Below are positions 10,236-20,650 of a stretch of 63,680 bases of DNA, one piece after another (within the stretch, counting starts at the first letter, position 1; every line of letters starts with the position of its first letter). The notes beneath the pieces are model-generated. The model ran no database searches. It saw only the letters and a list, made by a program, of their open reading frames with translations, and had not been told where the DNA came from. Both the position numbers and the translations under genes were made by a program. Location of the stretch: assembly GCA_010093815.1 (NCBI GenBank), contig ML996577.1; one strand, written 5' to 3'. The stretch is from Pseudovirgaria hyperparasitica (taxonomy: Eukaryota).

Positions 10236-13200
10236 ATGGCTCTAACCACTCGTCATAACACTCGTGGCACCGCCTCTTATAGTAGACCTTCTCCTAACCT
10301 GAACGAGGAGAATAGTCTACCTATAACTACCCCCACCGATAACTATACCTTATAGGCTATCGCACCGATAACTCGCACGATATTCCGTGTAACTATAGAA
10401 GATATTATAGAATACGAGGATGGAGTCCATCACACTCCATCTCGGTCTAGTTCAAACCATACTAGACCTAACCTTAACACGAGGCCAGACCTTATTAACG
10501 TTGACGAGTTAATCCGTTAGAATCGTCTAACGTTAACCACACCTTATAACGACGTATATACTAGACTACACGAAGAGAGGTAACGATAGGTTTAACTCGA
10601 GCAATAACTACGCGAACTCGACGAAGCTCGAGAACGCACTACGAGACTTAAAGCTGCATTACGCGCTTTAGTTCTAGTAACGACCAATCTATATTTATAT
10701 GGACCCACACCAACTGAAACGATCCATCCTAGTCCACTACTATCCCAATTGCCCCGACCTAAGAAACTACCTCACTTCGATGGTAAAAGTAGAAAGAGTT
10801 TCCACGCATAGGCTCACTAATATAGCCGATTCTTCTATCTATTCACGAACGACAGCGATAAAATTAGATTCGCCTAGAACTACCTCGACCCGACGCCTTT
10901 AGAACGTTAGATGGCATACCGAATCGAATATTCTAAGGATGCCTATAACTAGGACACGTTCACCGAATTTCTCCTCTAATATTTTGGCGATAGGGCTAAA
11001 CGACGCGACTAGGCCCAGGGCTATATCTTCGAGACTCGATAACGAGATAATTAGTTACCGTTATAACTCCTTGAATACCTTCGGCCCCTCTAGAGAGAAG
11101 CCGAAGAAGATCGTATGATTCGATAGTGCGACGACTTTAAACGGTCCCTCGCCCTAAATGTAAAGGACCGTCTCGACCTTACAACGATAATCTCTATAGA
11201 CCTCTAAGCTCTTATAAACCTTACGGAGCGACACTAGCGTATAATAAATAATTAACGCCGCGCTGGTGTACGACTGTCTCTAACGATCCAATCTAACGCA
11301 AAATCGTCTAACTAAAACCGATTTAGTAACAGATCTCGCGGGACGTCACGAGGCCACTACCACGCCTCGAATTCAAAACCACGCGGATCGTATCGTGGAT
11401 CTCCCTACTAATCGACACATCGAGATACGAGGACCGACTCGCATAAACGATCTAAAGTCACTTACTACACCTATGGTAGAATAGACTATATAGCACCTGA
11501 GTGCCGTTCGGGGAAGCCACCGAGTGCTAATATAACTAACTAACCAGTTATATGCTATAAGTGCTAGTAGCTAGGACATATCGCGCCTAACTACCTAGCA
11601 TAGAACATAAAAAACTAATAGCCTACGAGAAACCCTCGCGACTTATAGGCGCGACCATAATAGAGGGGTAATCCTCCAAATAGTACATCGAACTATAGGC
11701 TAGACCCATCGAGGTCCCTCGTGGATAATATTAGACTATAATGCTCGATAGTAGGTCGGCCACTAACGTTATGTCGACCTAACGAGCACGAGAACTTAAC
11801 GCCGACATCTAAGCTCTAATAAGTACCATGTTCCATGGCATCGACGGTCCCATTAAGTCACACGGCACCTACACTATCAAATACGGTATCTAGGACAGCG
11901 GAGGGAAATGGAAACTCTACTGCTTAACCTTTATCGTGGTAGACAGTCCCTTCGACATGATCCTAGGTATGCCGTGGCTTAAGAAATATAACCTAAAACT
12001 AGACTTCCTTAAGAAGACAGCTGGCTGGCGTATGAACCCACCTTAATAGGAACTAGTGTAGCTTATTAACGACGAATAATTCTAGAAAGATTACGAAAAG
12101 GCGATCTCTACTATCTACGTGCTCTTACTCACGTAAAATGGTAAGCTTAATATTAAAGTGGACGAAAACCTACCACATTAGTATAAAATGTACTAACATG
12201 TCGCGTCAGCGATCGATTCCTCCGAACTACCTTAATACTAACCTACCGACCTTACTATTGATCTCGAAGACGGCCAGTAACCTTTACATGGACCTATCTA
12301 CCCTCTTTTAGAACCTAAGTTATAAGCCCTTCGAGAATATATCGAAAAGAACCTTACGCGAGGGTGGATTAGGCCTAGTGTGTCCCTAGCCGGAGCTCTA
12401 ATCCTCTTTGTAAAGAAGAAGGATAGGAGCCTCCGTCTATATGTCGACTACCGTGGCCTGAATAACATCACGCGAAAGAATCGTTACCTACTACCTCTTA
12501 TCTCCGAGTCTATTAATAGACTAGGGCGCGTAAAGATCTTTACTAAGCTCGATCTACGTGACGCCTACTATCGCCTTCGTATTAAGGAAGGCGACGAATG
12601 GAAAACGGCTTTTAGGACCCGTTATGGACACTTTGAGTATACCGTGGTCCCTTTTGGACTAACTAACGCGTTAGGCACCTTCTAAGCGTACATTAATAAC
12701 GCGCTAGTAGGCCTACTCGACACGACATGTATCGTGTACCTAGATAACATCCTTATCTTCTTAGATAACGAGGAGGAGCATATCTAGCACGTACGTGTAG
12801 TCCTAGACAGGCTAGAAAAGCATAAGCTATATATTAAGCTATCCAAATGCGAGTTCCATTAGGACCATGTTAACTTTCTTAGCTTCGTTATTACTAATCA
12901 AGGTGTAACCATAGAGAGAGATAGAGTTACTACTATTATGGACTGGCCTAAACTAAAATCCGTTCGAGATATACGTGTCTTTATTGGCTTCGCCAACTAC
13001 TACCGAAAATTTGTTAAACACTTCTCCCGTTTAGCCGCACCACTTAATACGCGCACTACTACCACCGACTCGTCTATTACGGTCCGTGGTAGACAGAAAC
13101 AGCGTAATATTAAATTATAACCTATTAAATTAACTAAGGTCGAAAGAACATCCTTCGAGAAGATTAAAGAAGCATTCCTAACCGCCCTATTGCTAGTGTA

Positions 13201-15400
13201 CTTTAACCCGACCAAACCTATTCGCGTCGAAACTAATGCATTAGGATTTGCAATCTCGGGTATACTCTCCCAGCCTAGACCAATAGAGTCTAAAAAGGTC
13301 TAATGGCATCCAGTTGCGTTCTTCTCGCGCAAGATGGCCGACGTCGAGACTAGATATACTATTTATAACCAAGAGCTGCTAGCAATAGTAGAGTCGTTCA
13401 AGTAGTGGCGATATTATCTTAAAGGTGCCATGCATGACGTTAAGTTACTAACTAATCACCATAACTTAAAGGGGTTCATAAGCACGACGGTTTTAAATCG
13501 TCGATAGGTTTAATGGGCTAAGTAGCTTATAAATTTCTACTTTGTAATCCACCATTAACCTAGAAGTATAAACCCAGCTAATAGGATGTTAAGAAGACCT
13601 AACTATGAAGAAGGCGCCTAGGATTATAGTGGCCATAGGGTCCTAGAGTAGCTGTAGGCCCAACTCTTAAGGACGAGGTTAGATAATAAGTTATCCGACG
13701 ATTAGCGAGATGCTAACGCCGATGCCGGTAATCGAATTTATAAGACCGAAGCCGGTGACCAAAGACGCGGTACCGAAGTCCCTAGCGAGCCATTTATCGG
13801 CGCTGTTAGGGAGGGCGATGGTGCCCGGCGTGTATGTTAAGTAGACCTTGCCTAGTTAATCGTGGATCTATAAAAGATAGACCCGATAGTTTTAAAGTTA
13901 CGTAAAATGTAGTAAGATAGGTTATTACGGACCGAAGTGGACTATAAGTAGACCTTCGTGGACGGCTTACTCCACTACGATGGAAAGTACTATATGCCGA
14001 CGGGCAACGCACGATTCACCGTAGTTAGCCGATACCATGACGCTAACCTAGTAGAATATTTCGGGTATGTACGCACCCTAAGCTCGATTCGTTAGTACTA
14101 TTTTTAGGAAGATATACCTAAGTACGTCGAAGAATGGATAGCTACTTATCCGATTTATTAAAGAATAAAGGCACCTAGGCATAAGCCATATGGGAACTTG
14201 CAGCCTCTACCAGTCCCCCTCTTTATATGGGAAGATGTTACTATGGATTTCATAGTTGACTTGCCTCCAAGCGAGATGCTTAGGATAAGTTATGATTCAA
14301 TTCTTATTATCGTGGATAGACTTATAAAGATGTCTAGGTACGTCCCTATGTGGAAGATGATCACATTAAAAGAACTAGTATAAGTATTCTAGAATAAGAT
14401 CATTAAGGTCTATGGTATACTAAAAAGGATCGTTACGGACCGAGGGAGTACATTCACGTCTAAATTCTGGACGTCATTCTGCGAAATGGCCGGTATGAAT
14501 AGAAACATGTTAATAGCATTCCATCCACAAACAGATGGTTAGACAGAGTGATAGAACCAAACGCTCGAGGCCTACCTTCGTGCATTCTATAATTTCGAAT
14601 AAGACGACTGGGCCTCTCTACTAAGCATAGTAGAATTCGCGTATAATAATAGTCGTTATAGTATAATAGGTGTCACGCCCTTCTAGGCGAACCTAGGACG
14701 TAGTCCAAGGATAGGTTTCGAACCTTACACGGTCTAGTTCGACCGAACGATAGATTTTAACGTCCACGCGCAGGAACTAGCGATTAAAATCTTTAAAACC
14801 GCACGCAACTATCACGTAATAATCTAGTAAGCGAATAAGTCGTATACAAAGTACTATAATAGGTTAGTTAAAGATCAAGCGTACGAGGAGGGAGACGAAG
14901 TCCTCCTTAACATCTGTAATATACAAACGTCGCGAGTGAACAAAAAGCTCGATTATAAAATGGCTGGTCCCTTCCGAATCAAACGTCGTATCGGTATAAG
15001 AGCCTACGAGCTCGACCTAGGAAACGACATGAAAGTCCATAATGTATTCCACGTCTCATTGCTTAAAAGGTTTCGACCTAACGTGTACAAACGCACGAAC
15101 GTGCAATTACACTCTATTATACCCTAAGATGGACTAGACGTGTACGAAGTGGACTATATTGTCGAACATAGGCTCGACGAGAACGGTGTCTAAAAGTATC
15201 GAATCCGTTGGAAGAACTACACCGAGGATGAGGATACCTAGGAACCTACGGTGCATATCTTAAGTGCCGCGATGGCTATATATAAACAGAGGTTATAGGA
15301 TAACACGTTACTACCGTAAACCTAGCGCCGTCGGGGCCGTCGCAAAAAGAAGAAGGATGCCGTGGAAAACGAAGTGTCGAATCACGAATCCCAAACGCAC
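10236..15400 (+). pseudogene. gag-pol of element B (RIP-degraded)
   Basis: Two CCHC knuckles at ~11460-11600, AAAAAAC at 11609-11615 directly before the gag stop, RT ORF 12380-12685, RNase H ~13200-13600, integrase 14198-14700, chromodomain ~15140-15260. End is approximate. Confidence 0.88.
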
Positions 15401-15933
15401 ACTAGGAAAACTCTATAAGGCAGCCCCACAATTCAAGCGATATACGGTTACCAAACGCGAAGAAAACGTAAATAACCGTTATAGGCACGCGACGCGATAT
15501 ATCATAATAGAATAACATAGAGAAGTCCAGAATGGACTAATATGGACCATTACACACGAGAAGAACATGGGACTAAGAAACCAAAAAGGTACCCCACTAC
15601 GGAATTAAACTCGTGATATATAATATAAAAGGTTAGAGTACCCGAACCGATGACCACTAGGCCACTGGTTTAGGTGCTCTAATATAATTTAGAGAGATAA
15701 ACCAATTTATATACGATGCCCACACTTAAGTGACTTAAAGGAAATCAGAACCTAAAATTCAATAGTCATAGAATAAATAAGAACGCACACAATATCATTA
15801 AGTTAAGAATTAAATTACTAGAAAACTGGTAGACGGGTATCTAAACGGTCTAAAAAGGACCAAAACGGATAGAAACCAGGCAGATAGAGCCAACACACAC
15901 TATATAGAAACCCTAGTAAATAGAGCCATAGAG

Positions 15934-17238
15934 CTACTCCTCCATCTTATTATTACTCTTAGAGCGTAGCGAACGAACTAACCGAGTAATAGAGCGACGG
16001 AGGTTAGAGACCTTATCCTCTAGAGTAACCACGCGCTCGGTCAGAGCCTAGTAAGACGACGACTAAGCGCTAGAGCGGAGCAACTAGACCTAAAGTTAGC
16101 TAACGCGGTCTAGAATAATCTAGAATAGAATATATACCCTCTTACGAGGTGACTTAGAAGGAGAACTAGTAGATCTCTTGCGAGACCCGTTAGTAGCACG
16201 AGGTGGGCGGGAAGGAACAGCACGAATCTCTTCTGCGGCCTTAGTGGCCAAAACCGACTCCCTAGAATAGGTAGCCTAAGCGCTAGGAATCTCGCGGCGA
16301 CTGAAAATTATAAGCTGAGGTTAATGATAATTAACGGTTTCTAAACTCACACTTTAATGACCTCTAGGAAGAGCTTATAGCGCTCCCTAAACTCCCTGCG
16401 CATAGAAGCCAGGTGACTGCTAGAACCGCCGAGAGTCTCGCGGACGCGAAGATCGTTATATACATCTTACACACGAATAGGAACCTAAAAACGCATTAGC
16501 ATGGACGACTTTAGATTACCCTAGACCAAAACAGCCTAATAGACTCACCTAAAGATAAACTTTACCGAGGACGGCATAGCGGCGGTAGCGGGTAGGGAGC
16601 TTAAAGATTAGGCGTATAGGCCCGTCGCGGTTAGTAGAGTAGTAGCTAATGCTAGAGTTAGAGCGGAAGAGATATTTAGAGCCGGTGGCGTGAGCCTTAA
16701 TGTACTTAAAGCACATCGAACCGTAGTTCGCCGTTTTCCTATGGCGCAAACCGCGACCACGTTTAGTATCTTTGGCGACCTAGGCCTTATTATTACTAGG
16801 GCTGGGTTTAGAGCGAATATTAAGGTCCTAAAAGGACCTAGAGCGACTAAGTCGGTCTATATTAGACCGAAAAGAGGAACGGCGTTTAGAGCAAGGCGGC
16901 GAAGGCGTGAACTCTCGATTATCGTCTACGACGAGATCTTCTTTATCCTCTAAAGGAGGTAGAGTAGACAGGCGGCGCGAGTAGGTGTAGGTAGGCTTTA
17001 TAGCCACCTCTTCCGCAACACCAGTACTAGGATCACCTGGATTAGAGCGACTAGTGGCCACGTCAGTGGTAATAGTAGTAGTAGCCTTAGCTACCTTCTT
17101 CTCTAACTTGGAGCGCGCCTTCACACTACTACGATGAGTGGATTTTTTAGCCGGTATAGCCGGGGTAGAGGTAATCCCTTTAGAGCGGGTCTTGCGAGAG
17201 GAGGAGGCAGGCTTGGGAACAGGACTAGTATTAGACAT
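15934..17238 (-). pseudogene. Spliced antisense accessory gene of element B (basic N-terminus, Cys-cluster-like motif, C-terminal coiled coil), RIP-degraded
   Basis: ORFs 17238-16828 and 16749-16549 share a frame. Canonical minus-strand introns at 16548-16485 (GTGAGT..GCTAAT..TTTAG) and 16350-16301 (GTGAGT..CAG) keep the frame to about 15934. Confidence 0.7.
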
Positions 17239-17725
17239 CTATACACACACGTTAGCTAGAGATCTGAGAGTGGAATACTCGTTCAGCCTCAAAGGCGATT
17301 AAAGAAGCTAAATTAGTGACCGCAACAACGCGAATAGATTATATAGGACCAGCTCTAACGAAAATAGACTACTCTAGACCCGAACGGATCTAAACTAAAG
17401 GAGATAGTATACGAATTAACGACTTACCTTAAGAGTAAGGTGGATGTACTAGAGAAGAAAATTTAGAATAAGAAAACTAAATATAAGCTTAGTTAATGTG
17501 GCGGTTATATGACCCGCGGAGCTACCTCTAAGGTAGCAGCCATGAAGTAAGGGATAAGCGCGTGCATAAATAAAAGTGAACTGGAGCTCAAGTTCACCGA
17601 TGTAAAGACTATCGATAACGTCACATAGATTCAATTGGATGCGCGCATAAACATGACGCTTTTGGAATTACGGATTTACGTATAGCTGAGTACTTCGGGG
17701 CGAAGCATAAAAAGAAGAAGGATAT

Positions 17726-17965
17726 TATTAGGGCTAACACTAGGATGGACTTAACTGGACCACTATGGTCTAGTACGGTCCGTGATAGGTGGACCTAGGT
17801 TAAGCCAGCTAGAATAAGCGAGACCACTATATAAGTAGGCCGCATATACTTGATTCCTACTCTTTAGGAATCAACCTCGTTAGGAGAGTAGACTACCCTT
17901 TTAAATATATTCCCGAATCCTCCTATGACCTGTTAGACTGCTATCCTACGTCTACAATCCTTACA
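17726..17965 (+). repeat. 3' LTR of element B (240 bp)
   Basis: Direct repeat of 9955-10194 with transition differences. Confidence 0.95.
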
Positions 17966-17994
17966 CCTACCTAAGGCTAAGTCCTAACAATATC

Positions 17995-18470
17995 TATTAT
18001 CTACCCTTAAGGTAAACTACCCTAGGTATATAATAATAATTATTATAGATAATCTTGCACTTTATACGAACTAATAGATTAAGCTACTTATACTTAGCGC
18101 TAGCTATATTATACGGTATATACTACCGTACTTACCTAACTTTAATTTTATTAAGCTTATATAGGTAGTAATAAAGGTATAGATTTATAGATAGTATACC
18201 TAGATATATTAGTAATCTCGAACTTTTAAGAACTTTCTCTATATTATATTTATATATAGCTATACTAATTAGTAGACTCTATACTTCTTTAAATATACTA
18301 TAGATAGATACTATATTAACGAGACGCTCTAGTAGAAGGTAGTCGCTAATTTAGAGAGGTTTAGATAAGATAGAGGTGGTAGAGAGATTACTAAAGTTAA
18401 GGAGATTAGGAGACTTTTTTATAAACTTATTAAGTAACTTACTCGTTACTAACTCGCCGATAAGTAAGTT
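17995..18470 (+). pseudogene. DDE transposase, 3' part (RIP-degraded)
   Basis: In frame with the 5' part once element A and one TSD copy are removed. Asp codon at 18048, then 34 codons including LPYLPNFNFI (de-RIP: PPYSPDFNPI), then the Glu position at 18153, giving DD34E. Confidence 0.8.
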
Positions 18471-18536
18471 ACTTAGCTAGCTAGTAATAGTCTATATATA
18501 TATCTATTTTAGGCACTATTCATTAAGTATATAGCC

Positions 18537-20430
18537 TTAATATATAAATATATACTTCTAAATATACTCTAAGAAATACTATACCATCCCTATCTAAATA
18601 CTAGTTATACTAGTTATAGTAAACGCCTAGAGCGAGGACGCCGCCTTACTTACCTTAAGTTACTCCTTATACTTATAAAGGTATAGACGTGCGTCTAGTA
18701 GAATACTAAGTAGAATATCTACTATCTTCGCGGCTTTATAATAAGTAGTTCTAGGCTAAGTTATCTTCTTAATATAGCGGTAAGTATAGTAGTTATTATC
18801 TATATATAGTCTTAATTTATATATTCTAGCCCTCGTCTTATTATAAGTCTCTATCTCCTTACGCTATTTAAGAGCTAATAGTACTATATCCACCTAGTAA
18901 CGCCCTAGTTATACTAGACTACTAAAGGTTTCTATAACTCGTGTCTAAGGGGGTGTTTTATAACGAGTCTTACGAGTTAGTAAATAATTTAAACTATAAG
19001 TAGATAGAGAGCGAGATTAAGGTTAAGATTAAGGAAACATAGGTATCTATATAGGTATTCTAGGATTAAATCTATAATACTATAATTCTATCTAACGAAG
19101 TAGTTAAGTATATATAAGCTTATCTTTATTATCTTAATAATATCTTACTACCGCCTCCTCGTGCTTAATTATTATCTATCTTATCTACTTATCTTAAAGC
19201 CTCGTATTCCGCTCCTTACGATCTAACTTAGCCTTCTTATATTATAATCTCTTTATTTTAAGGCGCTCGAGTATAGAAGTAGTACTTCCGTTAACGGCGG
19301 TTAACGAGGTACTAGTTCTACTACTAGTTCGAGACTTCCTTAGGCATGGTTAAGTAATAATCTTATAGAATAAGTCTATTAACGGCTTATCCTTAGTTAC
19401 CCCTTAAATACTATTAATAATATTATTAGCCTATAGCTCTAAGATAGTCTTATCTATCTTATAGTAGAGTATTCTATTAGGTAATATAATCTTATAGTAC
19501 TAACCTTAGTAGTTTATATATATCGCCTTACTATACTAGAGCTTACTCTAAATATTATTAATAATAACTTCTTAGATACGGTCTCGCTATCTTTGCTCCT
19601 CCTATAATTTAAATAGCTATTTTAAGTATCCCTTAAGGTTCGGATCTATAGGTAATAATACTAGACTAGTAGAAACTATACTAGTAAGTAGTAATAGCGT
19701 AGGAGACTTCAAATTAGATACTATAGCCTTCTTACATCCTAGTAGCTAATAAGACTTATAGATAATAGTATTCTCAAAGATAAGGAATATAGCCTCTAGT
19801 AGATCCTTTCTTACTAGGCTATAGATCTTATTAAGGAAGGTAAGAAGCTTATCCTAGTTATCTAGACTCTAGTCTAGAAGTATTAACTATTTCCTAGTAT
19901 AACTAGATATTCTAAGCTTTATAGTAAAGCCTTAAGTCTTAAATAGCTAGTTATTAGTGCCGAGAGCCTTATTAATTAACTACTAAATCTCCTCCTTATA
20001 TAACTCCTTCTTAAACTTATACTAGGCTTCCGTCTTTAGTAATATAGCCTTAATAATCTTTCTAAAACTATCTACTCTAAGTTACTAATTTATATAGATA
20101 GACTATATTATCTTATTAAGAGCCGCGTTATTATTCTATAGGTTCTCCTTCTTCTTCTTCTTAACTATATCTCTATAAACTAAAGTAGAGTTATTAGTAT
20201 TATTAAGTATATTATTTAGTAAGGCTAGAGAATCGCTTAATAAGGGTACGTTAGAGGGCGCTAGTAGTATATTTTTATACCTTACTACTATCTTTATAGC
20301 CCTTAATACCTTATCTATACTATACTAGAGTGCCTTTAATATAGATATATATAGCTATAGCCTAGGAGGTGGTAGTAGAGGTTCTATTAAGTTATCCTAT
20401 CCGAATTAAATACCTTTACGCTACTTAGAA
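18537..20430 (-). pseudogene. Putative second gene of the DNA transposon, function unknown, RIP-degraded
   Basis: Minus-strand segments read by hand (20160-19770 and 18800-18537) give protein-like frames with scattered RIP-type stops. Boundaries are approximate. Confidence 0.45.
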
Positions 20431-20534
20431 GGTATAATAGATAGTATAAAATAGTTAAAAAAACACTAATATATGGCTAATATCGTATAATACTAATATA
20501 TAATAGGTATTTTAATAGGTATATGAGTATTCGT

Positions 20535-20633
20535 CGACGATGCCGTAAAATATTAATTATATATAAAAACGCGTGTTGGTGGCACAGACGTGCATCGGGC
20601 GCCAAGCTTTCCCATGTAACTATGGACAAACGG
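20535..20633 (-). repeat. Right terminal inverted repeat (99 bp)
   Basis: Reverse complement of 1735-1833. Confidence 0.95.
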
Positions 20634-20650
20634 ATCCTTCACATCTTTAG

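Larger units (their letters stand above)
9955..17965 (+). mobile_element. Ty3/gypsy chromovirus B (8.0 kb), RIP-inactivated
   Basis: 240-bp LTRs at 9955-10194 (TGTTAG..TTACA) and 17726-17965. TSD CCTAC at 9950-9954 and 17966-17970. Polypurine tract AAAAGAAGAAGGA before the 3' LTR. ORF fragments match RT ([16 protein letters not shown]), integrase (TMDFIVDLP) and GPF/chromodomain regions. Confidence 0.95.
2591..17989 (-). mobile_element. Ty3/gypsy chromovirus A, RIP-inactivated, with its 5' LTR split by element B
   Basis: 228-bp LTRs at 2591-2818 and 9746-9954 + 17971-17989. TSD ATATC at 2586-2590 and 17990-17994. Minus-strand polypurine tract next to 2819. Minus-strand gag zinc knuckle, protease, RT, RNase H, integrase and chromodomain remnants. 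Confidence 0.93.
1735..20633 (+). mobile_element. Tc1/mariner-IS630 (DD34E) DNA transposon, RIP-inactivated; ~3.5 kb of its own sequence, interrupted by two nested LTR elements
   Basis: 99-bp terminal inverted repeats at 1735-1833 and 20535-20633 with one mismatch, AT dinucleotide on both outer sides, and DDE transposase remnants inside. Confidence 0.9.
1492..20650 (+). other. 19,159-nt phase-0 intron expanded by nested transposons
   Basis: GTGAGT donor at 1492 and TTTAG acceptor ending at 20650. Joining gives the in-frame reading KEYE|FGWALYILTQSTHDGHF, which runs into ORF 20759..21826. Confidence 0.8.

Noticed and set aside
1735..20633. Starship or other giant cargo element
   Set aside because: No tyrosine recombinase gene is visible, and the size is fully explained by two nested LTR elements.
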